Assembly: GCF_035084215.1 (NCBI RefSeq)
Contig: NW_027139268.1
Span: 372,001 to 436,000 of the forward strand
DNA from: Heptranchias perlo
Taxonomy: Eukaryota
Length of the DNA: 64,000 nt
Direction: 5' to 3'
The notes below the pieces were generated by a model. It saw only the letters and a program-made list of their open reading frames with translations, made no database searches and was not told where the DNA came from. The translations under genes and the position numbers were made by a program. The first letter of the stretch is position 1. Each line of letters starts with the position of its first letter. This document shows positions 1 through 15,302 of this stretch, one piece after another.

Positions 1-3000
1 TAGAGTTACAGGGAACTGACTGACACATCTCTCAGGATAGAGTTACAGGGAACTGACTGACACATCTCTCAGGATAGAGTTACAGGGAACTGACTGACAC
101 ATCTCTCAGGATAAAGTTACAGGGAACTGACTGACACATCTCTCAGGATAGAGTTACAGGGAACTGACTGACACATCTCTCAGGATAGGGTTACAGGGAA
201 CTGACTGACACATCTCTCAGGATAAAGTTACAGGGAACTGACTGACACATCTCTCAGGATAAAGTTGCAGGGAACTGACTGACACATCTCCCTGGATAGA
301 GTTACAGGGAACTGACTGACACATCTCTCAGGATAGAGTTACAGGGAACTGACTGACACATCTCTCAGGATAGGGTTACAGGGAACTGACTGACACATCT
401 CTCAGGATAGGGTTACAGGGAACTGACTGACACATCTCTCAGGATAGGGTTACAGGGAACTGACTGACACATCTCTCACGATAAAGTTACAGGGAACTGA
501 CTGACACATCTCTCAGGATAGGGTGACAGGGAACTGACTGACACATCTCTCAGGATAGAGTTACAGGGAACTGACTGACACATCTCTCAGGATACGGTGA
601 CAGGGAACTGACTGACACATCTCTCAGGATAGAGTTACAGGGAACTGACTGACACATCTCTCAGGATAGGGTTACAGGGAACTGACTGACACATCTCTCA
701 GGATAGGGTTACAGGGAACTGACTGACACATCTCTCAGGATAGGGTGACAGGGAACTGACTGACACATCTCTCAGGATAGAGTTACAGGGAACTGACTGA
801 CACATCTCTCAGGATAGGGTGACAGGGAACTGACTGACACATCTCTCAGGACAGGGTTACAGGGAACTGACTGACACATCTCTCTGGATAGGGTGACAGG
901 GAACTGACTGACACATCTCTCAGGATAGGGTTACAGGGAACTGACTGACACATCTCTCAGGATAGAGTTACAGGGTACTGACTGACACATCTCTCAGGAT
1001 AAAGTTACAGGGAACTGACTGACACATCTCTCAGGATAGAGTTACAGGGAACTGACTGACACATCTCTCAGGATAGAGTTACAGGGAACTGACTGACACA
1101 TCTCTCAGGATAGAGTTACAGGGAACTGACTGACACATCTCTCAGGATAGAGTTACAGGGAACTGACTGACACATCTCTCAGGATAGGGTGACAGGGAAC
1201 TGACTGACACATCTCTCAGGATAAAGTTAGAGGGAACTGACTGACACATCTCTCAGGATAGAGTTACAGGGAACTGACTGACACATCTCTCAGGATAGGG
1301 TGACAGGGAACTGACTGACACATCTCTCAGGATAGGGTGACAGGGAACTGACTGACACATCTCTCAGGATAGAGTTACAGGGAACTGACTGACACATCTC
1401 TCAGGATAGGGTTACAGGGAACTGACTGACACATCTCTCAGGATAAAGTTACAGGGAACTGACTGACACATCTCTCAGGATAAAGTTACAGGGAACTGAC
1501 TGACACATCTCTCAGGATAGGGTTGCAGGGAACTGACTGACACATCTCTCAGGATAGGGTTACAGGGAACTGACTTGACACATCTCTCAGGATAGAGTTA
1601 CAGGGAACTGTCTGACACATCTCTCAGGATAGAGTTACAGGGAACTGACTGACACATCTCTCAGGATAGAGTTACAGGGAACTGACTGACACATCTCTCA
1701 GGATAGAGTTACAGGGAACTGACTGACACATCTCTCAGGATAGAGTTACAGGGAACTGACTGACACATCTCTCAGGATAGAGTTACAGGGAACTGACTGA
1801 CACATCTCTCAGGATAGAGTTCCAGGGAACTGACTGACACATCTCTCAGGATAGGGTGACAGGGAACTGACTGACACATCTCTCAGGATAGGGTGACAGG
1901 GAACTGACTGACACATCTCTCAGGATAGAGTTACAGGGAACTGACTGACACATCTCTCAGGATAGGGTTACAGGGAACTGACTGACACATCTCTCAGGAT
2001 AGAGTTACAGGGAACTGACTGACACATCTCTCAGGATAGAGTTACAGGGAACTGACTGACACATCTCTCAGGATAGGGTTACAGGGAACTGACTGACACA
2101 TCTCTCAGGGTAGGGTTACAGGGAACTGACTGACACATCTCTCAGGATAAAGTTACAGGGAACTGTCTGACACATCTCTCAGGATAGGGTTACAGGGAAC
2201 GGACTGACACATCTCTCAGAATAGAGTTACAGGGAACTGACTGACACATCTCTCAGGATAGGGTTACAGGGAACTGACTGACACATCTCTCAGGATAGGG
2301 TTACAGGGAACTGACTGACACATCTCTCAGGATAAAATTACAGGGAACTGACTGACACATCTCTCAGGATAAAGTTACAGGGAACTGACTGACACATCTC
2401 TCAGGATAGAGTTACAGGGAACTGACTGACACATCTCTCAGGATAGAGTTACAGGGAACTGACTGACACATCTCTCAGGATAGAGTTACAGGGAACTGAC
2501 TGACACATCTCTCAGGATAGGGTGACAGGGAACTGACTGACACATCTCTCAGGATAAAGTTAGAGGGAACTGACTGACACATCTCTCAGGATCGGGTTAC
2601 AGGGAACTGACTGACACATCTCGCAGGATAGAGTAACAGGGAACTGACTGACACATCTCTCAGGATAGGGTTACAGGGAACTGACTGACACATCTCTCAG
2701 GATAGAGTTACAGGGAACTGACTGACACATCTCTCAGGATAAAGTTACAGGGAACTGACTGACACATCTCTCAGGATAGAGTTACAGGGAACTGACTGAC
2801 ACATCTCTCAGGATAAAGTTACAGGGAACTGACTGACACATCTCTCAGGATAGAGTTACAGGGAACTGACTGACACATCTCTCAGGATAGCGTTACAGGG
2901 AACTGACTGACACATCTCTCAGGATAAAGTTACAGGGAACTGACTGACACATCTCTCAGGATAAAGTTACAGGGAACAGACTGACACATCTCTCAGGATA

Positions 3001-6000
3001 GAGTTACAGGGAACTGACTGACACATCTCTCAGGATAGGGTTACAGGGAACAGACTGACACATCTCTCAGGATAGGGTTACAGGGAACTGACTGACACAT
3101 CTCTCAGGATAGAGTTACAGGGAACTGAGTGACACATCTCTCAGGATAAAGTTACAGGGAACTGACTGACACATCTCTCAGGATAGAGTTACAGGAAACT
3201 GACTGACACATCTCTCAGGATAGGGTGACAGGGAACTGACTGACACATCTCTCAGGATAGGGTTACAGGGAACTGACTGACACATCTCTCAGGATAGAGT
3301 TACAGGGAACTGACTGACACATCTCTCAGGATAGGGTGACAGGGAACTGACTGACACATCTCTCAGGATAAAGTTAGAGGGAACTGACTGACACATCTCT
3401 CAGGATAGAGTTACAGGGAACTGACTGACACATCTCTCAGGATAGAGTTACAGGGAACTGACTGACACATCTCTCAGGATAGGGTTACAGGGAACTGACT
3501 GACACATCTCTCAGGATAGGGTGACAGGGAACTGACTGACACATCTCTCAGGATAGGGTGACAGGGAACTGACTGACACATCTCTCAGGATAGAGTTACA
3601 GGGAACTGACTGACACATCTCTCAGGATAGGGTGACAGGGAACTGACTGACACATCTCTCAGGATAGGGTTACAGGGAACTGACTGACACATCTCTCTGG
3701 ATCGGGTTACAGGGAACTGACTGACACATCTCTCAGGATAGGGTTACAGGGAACTGACTGACACATCTCTCAGGATAGAGTTACAGGGAACTGACTGACA
3801 CATCTCTCAGGATAAAGTTACAGGGAACTGACTGACACATCTCTCAGGATAGAGTTACAGGGAACTGACTGACACATCTCTCAGGATAGAGTTACAGGGA
3901 ACTGACTGACACATCTCTCAGGATAGAGTTACAGGGAACTGACTGACACATCTCTCAGGATAGAGTTACAGGGAACTGACTGACACATCTCTCAGGATAG
4001 GGTGACAGGGAACTGACTGACACATCTCTCAGGATAAAGTTAGAGGGAACTGACTGACACATCTCTCAGGATAGAGTTACAGGGAACTGACTGACACATC
4101 TCTCAGGATCGAGTTGCAGGGAACTGACTGACACATCTCTCAGGATAGGGTGACAGGGAACTGACTGACACATCTCTCAGGATAGAGTTACAGGGAACTG
4201 ACTGACACATCTCTCAGGATAGGGTTACAGGGAACTGACTGACACATCTCTCAGGATAGAGTTACAGGGAACTGACTGACACAACTCTCAGGATAGAGTT
4301 ACAGGGAACTGACTGACACATCTCTCAGGATAGGGTTACAGGGAACTGACTGACACATCTCTCAGGATAGAGTTACAGGGAACTGACTGACACATCTCTC
4401 AGGATAGGGTTACAGGGAACTGACTGACACATCTCTCAGGATAGGGTTACAGGGAACTGACTGACACATCTCTCAGGATAAAGTTACAGGGAACTGACTG
4501 ACACATCTCTCAGGATAAAGTTACAGGGAACTGACTGACACATCTCTCAGGATAAAGTTACAGGGAACTGACTGACACATCTCTCAGGATAGGGTTACAG
4601 GGAACTGACTGACACATCTCTCAGGATAGAGTTACAGGGAACTGACTGACACATCTCTCAGGATAGAGTTACAGGGAACTGACTGACACATCTCTCAGGA
4701 TAGAGTTACAGGGAACTGACTGACACATCTCTCAGGATAGGGTTACAGGGAACTGACTGACACATCTCTCAGGATAAAGTTACAGGGAACTGACTGACAC
4801 ATCTCTCAGGATAGGGTTACAGGGAACTGACTGACACATCTCTCAGGATAAAGTTACAGGGAACTGACTGACACATCTCTCAGGATAGGGTTACAGGGAA
4901 CTGACTGACACATCTCTCAGGTTAGGGTGACAGGGAACTGACTGACACATCTCTCAGGATAGAGTTACAGGGAACTTACTGGCACATCTCTCAGGATAGA
5001 GTTACAGGGAACTGACTGACACATCTCTCAGGATAGAGTTGCAGGGAACTGACTGACACATCTCTCAGGATAGGGTGACAGGGAACTGACTGACACATCT
5101 CTCAGGATAGGGTTACAGGGAACTGACTGACACATCTCTCAGGATAAAGTTACAGGGAACTGACTGACACATCTCTCAGGATAGGGTTACAGGGAACTGA
5201 CTGACACATCTCTCAGGATAGGGTTACAGGGAACTGACTGTCACATCTCTCAGGATCGAGTTCCAGGGAACTGACTGACACATCTCTCAGAATAGAATTA
5301 CAGGGAACTGACTGACACATCTCTCAGGATAGAATTACAGGGAACTGACTGACACATCTCTCAGGATAGAATTACAGGGAACTGACTGACACATCTCTCA
5401 GGATAAAGTTACAGGGAACTGACTGACACATCTCTCAGGATAGAGTTACAGGGAACTGACTGACACATCTCTCAGGATAGAGTTACAGGGAACTGACTGA
5501 CACATCTCTCAGGATAGAGTTACAGGGAACTGACTGACACATCTCTCAGGATAGAGTTACAGGGAACTGACTGACACATCTCTCAGGATAGGGTGACAGG
5601 GAACTGACTGACACATCTCTCAGGATAGGGTTACAGGGAACTGACTGACACATCTCTCAGGATAGAGTTACAGGGAACTGACTGACACATCTCTCAGGAT
5701 AGAGTTACAGGGAACTGACTGACACATCTCTCAGGATAGGGTTACAGGGAACTGACTGACACATCTCTCAGGGTAGGGTTGCAGGGAACTGACTGACACA
5801 TCTCTCAGGATAAAGTTACAGGGAACTGTCTGACACATCTCTCAGGATAGGGTTACAGGGAACTGACTGACACATCTCTCAGGATAGAGTTACAGGGAAC
5901 TGACTGACACATCTCTCAGGATAGGGTTACAGGGAACTGACTGACACATCTCTCAGGATAGGGTTACAGGGAACTGACTGACACATCTCTCAGGATAAAG

Positions 6001-9000
6001 TTACAGGGAACTGACTGACACATCTCTCAGGATAAAGTTACAGGGAACTGACTGACACATCTCTCAGGATAGAGTTACAGGGAACTGACTGACACATCTC
6101 TCAGGATAGAGTTACAGGGAACTGACTGACACATCTCTCAGGATAGAGTTACAGGGAACTGACTGACACATCTCTCAGGATAGGGTGACAGGGAACTGAC
6201 TGACATATCTCTCAGGATAAAGTTAGAGGGAACTGACTGACACATCTCTCAGGATCGGGTTACAGGGAACTGACTGACACATCTCGCAGGATAGAGTTAC
6301 AGGGAACTGACTGACACATCTCTCAGGATAGGGTTACAGGGAACTGACTGACACATCTCTCAGGATAGAGTTACAGGGAACTGACTGACACATCTCTCAG
6401 GATAGAGTTACAGGGAACTGACTGACACATCTCTCATGATAGAGTTACAGGGAACTGACTGACACATCTCTCAGGATAGGGTTACAGGGAACTGACTGAC
6501 ACATCTCTCAGGATAAAGTTACAGGGAACTGACTGACACATCTCTCAGGATAGGGTGACAGGGAACTGACTGACACATCTCTCAGGATAAAGTTACAGGG
6601 AACTGACTGACACATCTCTCAGGATAGGGTTACAGGGAACTGACTGACACATCTCTCAGGTTAGGGTGACAGGGAACTGACTGACACATCTCTCAGGATA
6701 GAGTTACAGGGAACTTACTGGCACATCTCTCAGGATAGAGTTACAGGGAACTGACTGACACATCTCTCAGGATAGAGTTGCAGGAAACTGACTGACACAT
6801 CTCTCAGGATTGGGTGACAGGGAACTGACTGACACATCTCTCAGGATAGGGTTACAGGGAACTGACTGACACATCTCTCAGGATAAAGTTACAGGGAACT
6901 GACTGACACATCTCTCAGGATAGGGTTACAGGGAACTGACTGACACATCTCTCAGGATAGGGTTACAGGGAACTGACTGTCACATCTCTCAGGATCGAGT
7001 TCCAGGGAACTGACTGACACATCTCTCAGAATAGAATTACAGGGAACTGACTGACACATCTCTCAGGATAGAATTACAGGGAACTGACTGACACATCTCT
7101 CAGGATAGAATTACAGGGAACTGACTGACACATCTCTCAGGATAGAATTACAGGGAACTGACTGACACATCTCTCAGGATAGAATTACAGGGAACTGACT
7201 GACACATCTCTGAGGATAGGGTTACAGGGAACTGACTGACACATCTCTCAGGATAAAGTTACAGGGAACTGACTGACGCATCTCTCAGCATGGAGTGACA
7301 GGGAACTGATTGACACATCTCTCAGGATAGAGTTACAGGGAACTGACTGACACATCTCTCAGGATAGAGTTACAGGGAACTGACTGACACATCTCACAGG
7401 ATAGAGTTACAGGGAACTGACTGAAAATCTCTCAGGATAGAGTTACAGGGAACTGACTGACACATCTCTCAGGATAGGGTTACAGGGAACTGACTGACAC
7501 ATCTCTCAGGATAGAGTTACAGGGAACTGACTGACACAACTCTCAGGATAGAGTTACAGGGAACTGACTGACACATCTCTCAGGATAGGGTTACAGGGAA
7601 CTGACTGACACATCTCTCAGGATAGAGTTACAGGGAACTGACTGACACATCTCTCAGGATAGAGTTACAGGGAACTGACTGACACATCTCTCAGGATAGA
7701 GTTACAGGGAACTGACTGACACATCTCTCAGGATAAAGTTACAGGGAACTGACTGACACATCTCTCAGGATAGAGTTACAGGGAACTGACTGACACATCT
7801 CTCAGGATAGGGTTACAGGGAACTGACTGACACATCTCTCAGGATAAAGTTACAGGGAACTGACTGACACATCTCTCAGGATAAAGTTACAGGGAACTGA
7901 CTGACACATCTCTCTGGATAGAGTTACAGGGAACTGACTGACACATCTCTCAGGATAGGGTTACAGGGAACAGACTGACACATCTCTCAGGATAGGGTTA
8001 CAGGGAACTGACTGACACATCTCTCAGGATAGAGTTACAGGGAACTGACTGACACATCTCTCAGGATAAAGTTACAGGGAACTGACTGACACATCTCTCA
8101 GGATAGAATTACAGGGAACTGACTGACACATCTCTCAGGATAGGGTGACAGGGAACTGACTGACACATCTCTCAGGATAGAGTTACAGGGAACTGACTGA
8201 CACATCTCTCAGGATAGGGTTACAGGGAACTGACTGACACATCTCTCAGGATAGGGTTACAGGGAACTGACTGACACATCTCTCAGGATAGGGTTACAGG
8301 GAACTGACTGACACATCTCTCACGATAAAGTTACAGGGAACTGACTGACACATCTCTCAGGATAGGGTGACAGGGAACTGACTGACACATCTCTCAGGAT
8401 AGAGTTACAGGGAACTGACTGACACATCTCTCAGGATAGGGTTACAGGGAACTGACTGACACATCTCTCAGGATAGGGTTACAGGGAACTGACTGACACA
8501 TCTCTCAGGATAGGGTGACAGGGAACTGACTGACACATCTCTCAGGTTAGAGTTACAGGGAACTGACTGACACATCTCTCAGGATAGGGTGACAGGGAAC
8601 TGACTGACACATCTCTCAGGATAGGGTTACAGGGAACTGACTGACACATCTCTCTGGATAGGGTGACAGGGAACTGACTGACACATCTCTCAGGATAGGG
8701 TTACAGGGAACTGACTGACACATCTCTCAGGATAGAGTTACAGGGTACTGACTGACACATCTCTCAGGATAAAGTTACAGGGAACTGACTGACACATCTC
8801 TCAGGATAGAGTTACAGGGAACTGACTGACACATCTCTCAGGATAGAGTTACAGGGAACTGACTGACACATCTCTCAGGATAGAGTTACAGGGAACTGAC
8901 TGACACATCTCTCAGGATAGAGTTACAGGGAACTGACTGACACATCTCTCAGGATAGGGTGACAGGGAACTGACTGACACATCTCTCAGGATAAAGTTAG

Positions 9001-12000
9001 AGGGAACTGACTGACACATCTCTCAGGATAGAGTTACAGGGAACTGACTGACACATCTCTCAGGATAGGGTGACAGGGAACTGACTGACACATCTCTCAG
9101 GATAGGGTGACAGGGAACTGACTGACACATCTCTCAGGATAGAGTTACAGGGAACTGACTGACACATCTCTCAGGATAGGGTTACAGGGAACTGACTGAC
9201 ACATCTCTCAGGATAAAGTTACAGGGAACTGACTGACACATCTCTCAGGATAAAGTTACAGGGAACTGACTGACACATCTCTCAGGATAGGGTTACAGGG
9301 AACTGACTGACACATCTCTCAGGATAGGGTTACAGGGAACTGACTTGACACATCTCTCAGGATAGAGTTACAGGGAACTGTCTGACACATCTCTCAGGAT
9401 AGAGTTACAGGGAACTGACTGACACATCTCTCAGGATAGAGTTACAGGGAACTGACTGACACATCTCTCAGGATAGAGTTACAGGGAACTGACTGACACA
9501 TCTCTCAGGATAGAGTTACAGGGAACTGACTGACACATCTCTCAGGATTGGGTGACAGGGAACTGACTGACACATCTCTCAGGATAAAGTTAGAGGGAAC
9601 TGACTGACACATCTCTCAGGATAGAGTTACAGGGAACTGACTGACACATATCTCAGGATAGAGTTCCAGGGAACTGACTGACACATCTCTCAGGATAGGG
9701 TGACAGGGAACTGACTGACACATCTCTCAGGATAGGGTGACAGGGAACTGACTGACACATCTCTCAGGATAGAGTTACAGGGAACTGACTGACACATCTC
9801 TCAGGATAGGGTTACAGGGAACTGACTGACACATCTCTCAGGATAGAGTTACAGGGAACTGACTGACACATCTCTCAGGATAGGGTTACAGGGAACTGAC
9901 TGACACATCTCTCAGGGTAGGGTTACAGGGAACTGACTGACACATCTCTCAGGATAAAGTTACAGGGAACTGTCTGACACATCTCTCAGGATAGGGTTAC
10001 AGGGAACTGACTGACACATCTCTCAGAATAGAGTTACAGGGAACTGACTGACACATCTCTCAGGATAGGGTTACAGGGAACTGACTGACACATCTCTCAG
10101 GATAGGGTTACAGGGAACTGACTGACACATCTCTCAGGATAAAGTTACAGGGAACTGACTGACACATCTCTCAGGATAAAGTTACAGGGAACTGACTGAC
10201 ACATCTCTCAGGATAGAGTTACAGGGAACTGACTGACACATCTCTCAGGATAGAGTTACAGGGAACTGACTGACACATCTCTCAGGATAGAGTTACAGGG
10301 AACTGACTGACACATCTCTCAGGATAGGGTGACAGGGAACTGACTGACACATCTCTCAGGATAAAGTTAGAGGGAACTGACTGACACATCTCTCAGGATC
10401 GGGTTACAGGGAACTGACTGACACATCTCGCAGGATAGAGTTACAGGGAACTGACTGACACATCTCTCAGGATAGGGTTACAGGGAACTGACTGACACAT
10501 CTCTCAGGATAGAGTTACAGGGAACTGACTGACACATCTCTCAGGATAGAGTTACAGGGAACTGACTGACACATCTCTCAGGATAGAGTTACAGGGAACT
10601 GACTGACACATCTCTCAGGATAGGGTTACAGGGAACTGACTGACACATCTCTCAGGATAAAGTTACAGGGAACTGACTGACACATCTCTCAGGATAGGGT
10701 TACAGGGAACTGACTGACACATCTCTCAGGATAGGGTTACAGGGAACTGACTGACACATCTCTCAGGATAGGGTTACAGGGAACTGACTGACACATCTCT
10801 CAGGTTAGGGTGCCGGTGAACTGACTGACACATCTCTCAGGATAGAGTTGCAGGGAACTTACTGGCACATCTCTCAGGATAGAGTTACAGGGAACTGACT
10901 GACACATCTCTCAGGATAGAGTTGCAGGGAACTGACTGACACATCTCTCAGGATAGAGTTGCAGGGAACTGACTGACACATCTCTCAGGATAAAGTTACA
11001 GGGAACTGACTGACACATCTCTCAGGATAGAGTTACAGGGAACTGACTGACACATCTCTCAGGATAGGGTTACAGGGAACTGACTGACACATCTCTCAGG
11101 ATAAAGTTACAGGGAACTGACTGACACATCTCTCAGGATAGGGTTACAGGGAACTGACTGACACATCTCTCAGGATAGGGTTACAGGGAACTGACTGTCA
11201 CATCTCTCAGGATCGAGTTCCAGGGAACTGACTGACACATCTCTCAGGATAGAATTACAGGGAACTGACTGACACATCTCTCAGGATAGAATTACAGGGA
11301 ACTGACTGACACATCTCTCAGGATAGAATTACAGGGAACTGACTGACACATCTCTCAGGATAGAATTACAGGGAACTGACTGACACATCTCTGAGGATAG
11401 GGTTACAGGGAACTGACTGACACATCTCTCAGGATAAAGTTACAGGGAACTGACTGACGCATCTCTCAGGATAGGGTTACAGGGAACTGATTGACACATC
11501 TCTCAGGATAGAGTTACAGGGAACTGACTGACACATCTCTCAGGATAGAGTTACAGGGAACTGACTGACACATCTCACAGGATAGAGTTACAGGGAACTG
11601 ACTGAAAATCTCTCAGGATAGAGTTACAGGGAACTGACTGACACATCTCTCAGGATAGGGTTACAGGGAACTGACTGACACATCTCTCAGGATAGAGTTA
11701 CAGGGAACTGACTGACACATCTCTCAGGATAGAGTTACAGGGAACTGACTGACACATCTCTCAGGATAGGGTTACAGGGAACTGACTGACACATCTCTCA
11801 GGATAGAGTTACAGGGAACTGACTGACACATCTCTCAGGATAAAGTTACAGGGAACTGACTGACACATCTCTCAGGATAGAGTTACAGGGAACTGACTGA
11901 CACATCTCTCAGGATAGGGTTACAGGGAACTGACTGACACATCTCTCAGGATAAAGTTACAGGGAACTGACTGACACATCTCTCAGGATAAAGTTACATG

Positions 12001-14084
12001 GAACTGACTGACACATCTCTCTGGATAGAGTTGCAGGGAACTGACTGACACCTCCCTCAGGATAGAGTTACAGGGAACAGACTGACACATCTCTCAGGAT
12101 AGGGTTACAGGGAACTGACTGACACATCTCTCAGGATAGAGTTACAGGGAACTGACTGACACATCTCTCAGGATAAAGTTACAGGGAACTGACTGACACA
12201 TCTCTCAGGATCGAGTTACAGGGAACTGACTGACACATCTCTCAGGATAGGGTGACAGGGAACTGACTGACACATCTCTCAGGATAGAGTTACAGGGAAC
12301 TGACTGACACATCTCTCAGGATAGGGTGACAGGGAACTGACTGACACATCTCTCAGGATAGGGTTACAGGGAACTGACTGACACATCTCTCAGGATAGGG
12401 TTACAGGGAACTGACTGACACATCTCTCAGGATAAAGTTACAGGGAACTGACTGACACATCTCTCAGGATAGGGTGACAGGGAACTGACTGACACATCTC
12501 TCAGGATAGAGTTACAGGGAACTGACTGACACATCTCTCAGGATAGGGTGACAGGGAACTGACTGACACATCTCTCAGGATAGAGTTACAGGGAACTGAC
12601 TGACACATCTCTCAGGATCGGGTTACAGGGAACTGACTGACACATCTCTCAGGATAGGGTTACAGGGAACTGACTGACACATCTCTCAGGATAGGGTGAC
12701 AGGGAACTGACTGACACATCTCTCAGGATAGAGTTACAGGGAACTGACTGACACATCTCTCAGGATAGGGTGACAGGGAACTGACTGACACATCTCTCAG
12801 GATAGGGTTACAGGGAACTGACTGACACATCTCTCTGGATAGGGTTACAGGGAACTGACTGACACATCTCTCAGGATAGGGTTACAGGGAACTGACTGAC
12901 ACATCTCTCAGGATAGAGTTACAGGGAACTGACTGACACATCTCTCAGGATAAAGTTACAGGGAACTGACTGACACATCTCTCAGGATAGAGTTACAGGG
13001 AACTGACTGACACATCTCTCAGGATAGAGTTGCAGGGAACTGACTGACACATCTCTCAGGATAGAGTTACAGGGAACTGACTGACACATCTCTCAGGATA
13101 GGGTGACAGGGAACTGACTGACACATCTCTCAGGATAAAGTTAGAGGGAACTGACTGACACATCTCTCAGGATAGAGTTACAGGGAACTGACTGACACAT
13201 CTCTCAGGATAGAGTTACAGGGAACTGACTGACACATCTCTCAGGATAGGGTGACAGGGAACTGACTGACACATCTCTCAGGATAGGGTGACAGGGAACT
13301 GACTGACACATCTCTCAGGATAAAGTTACAGGGAACTGACTGACACATCTCTCAGGATAGAGTTACAGGGAACTGACTGACACATCTCTCAGGATAGAGT
13401 TACAGGGAACTGACTGACACATCTCTCAGGATAGGGTTACAGGGAACTGACTGACACATCTCTCAGGGTAGGGTTACAGGGAACTGACTGACACATCTCT
13501 CAGGATAAAGTTACAGGGAACTGTCTGACACATCTCTCAGGATAGGGTTACAGGGAACTGACTGACACATCACTCAGGATAGAGTTACAGGGAACTGACT
13601 GACACATCTCTCAGGATAGGGTTACAGGGAACTGACTGACACATCTCTCAGGATAGGGTTACAGGGAACTGACTGACACATCTCTCAGGATAAAGTTACA
13701 GGGAACTGACTGACACATCTCTCAGGATAAAGTTACAGGGAACTGACTGACACATCTCTCAGGATAGGGTTACAGGGAACTGACTGACACATCTCTCAGG
13801 ATAGGGTTACAGGGAACTGACTTGACACATCTCTCAGGATAGAGTTACAGGGAACTGACTGACACATCTCTCAGGATAGGGTTACAGGGAACTGACTGAC
13901 ACATCTCTCAGGATAGAGTAACAGGGAACTGACTGACACATCTCTCAGGATAGAGTAACAGGGAACTGACTGACACATCTCTCAGGATAGAGTTGCAGGG
14001 AACTGACTGACACATCTCTCAGGATAGAGTTGCAGGGAACTGACTGACACATCTCTCAGGATAGAGTTACAGGGAACTGACTGA
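1..14084. repeat. Satellite array, 37-bp unit TAGAGTTACAGGGAACTGACTGACACATCTCTCAGGA, about 380 copies, running off the left edge
   Basis: Direct 37-bp periodicity from base 1 (unit restarts at 38). Most variation is in the AGAG/AGGG/AAAG and TTAC/TGAC positions. Confidence 0.98.
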
Positions 14085-14089
14085 TGACT

Positions 14090-15003
14090 CCTCCAATGTT
14101 GTCGTCTCCCAAATCCAAGCCCACATTTCCCGCAACTCCATGTTTGAATCCCTCCAATCAGGTTTCCGTCCCTGACACAGTACTGAAATGGCCCTTATCA
14201 AAGTCACATATGACATCCAATGTGACTGTGACCGTGGTAAACTATCCCTCCTCATCCTTCTTAAACTGCTGCATCCTTTGACATGGTTGACCACACCATC
14301 CTCCTCCAATGCCTCTCCTTCGTTGTCCAGTTGGATGGGATTGCCCTCATCTGGTTCCATTCTTATCTATTCAACCTGCAATGGTTTCCTTTCCCACTTC
14401 CTCATCATTACTTCTGGAGTCCCCCAAGGATCTATCCTGGGACCCCGCCCATCTCTCATCTACATGCTGCGCCTCAGCGACATCATCCGAAAACACATCA
14501 TCAGATTCCACATGTACACTGAGGACACCCAGCTCGACCTCCCCATCACCTCTCAACTCCTCCACTGCCTCTGATTTGTCACGCTGCTTGTCTGACATCC
14601 AGTATTGGATGAGCAGAAATTTCCTCAAATTAAATATTGGGAAAACAGAAGTCATTGTCTTCGGTCTCCGCCACAAACTCCGTTCCCTAGACCCCCGACT
14701 CCATCCCTCTCCCTGGCCACTGTCTGAGGCTGAACCAGACCGTTCGCAACCTTGGCATCCTATTTGACCCTGAGATGAGCTTCTCACCACATATCCGCTC
14801 CATCAGCAAGACCGCCTACTTTTACCTCCGTAACATCGCCCGTCTCCGTCCCTGCCTCAGCCCATCTGCTGCTGAAACCCTCATTTATGCCTTTGTTACC
14901 TCCAGACTTGACTATTCCAATGCTCTCCTGGAGGACCTCCCACCTTCCACCCTCAATATACTTGAGCTCATCCAGAACTCTGCTGCCCGTTCACCCGTCA
15001 TCC
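14090..15003 (+). mobile_element. L2-clade LINE, degenerate reverse transcriptase fragment
   Basis: Broken frames give FESLQSGFRP..STEMALIKV, SGVPQGSILGP, FHMYTEDTQL (YADD-like), WMSRNFLKLNIGKTEV and FVTSRLDYSNALL..LELIQNSAAR. Confidence 0.9.
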
Positions 15004-15302
15004 CACATAAGGAGATAACAGCACAGGTGACCAATACCTCAAAGAGGTCGGTTTTAAGGAGCTCCTTGAAGGAGGAGAGAGAGGTAGAATGGTGGAGAGG
15101 TTTAGGGAGGGAATTCCAGAGCTTAGGGCCTAGGCAGTTGAAGGCATGGGCGCCAATGGTGGAGCGATTAAAATCGGGGATGCGCAAGAGGCCAGAATTG
15201 GAGGAGTGTAGAGTTCTCGGTGGGTTGTCGGGCTGGAGGAGGTGATAGGGAGGGGTGAGGCCATGGAGGGATTTGAACACAAGGTTGAAAATTTTAAAAC
15301 CG
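15004..15302 (-). mobile_element. L2 LINE 3' end, inverted relative to the adjacent RT fragment
   Basis: Minus-strand FKSLHGLTPPY..GAHAFNCLGPKLWNSLP..SSFKELLKTDLF is the L2 ORF2 C-terminus. Closely similar to 17613-18085. Confidence 0.85.
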
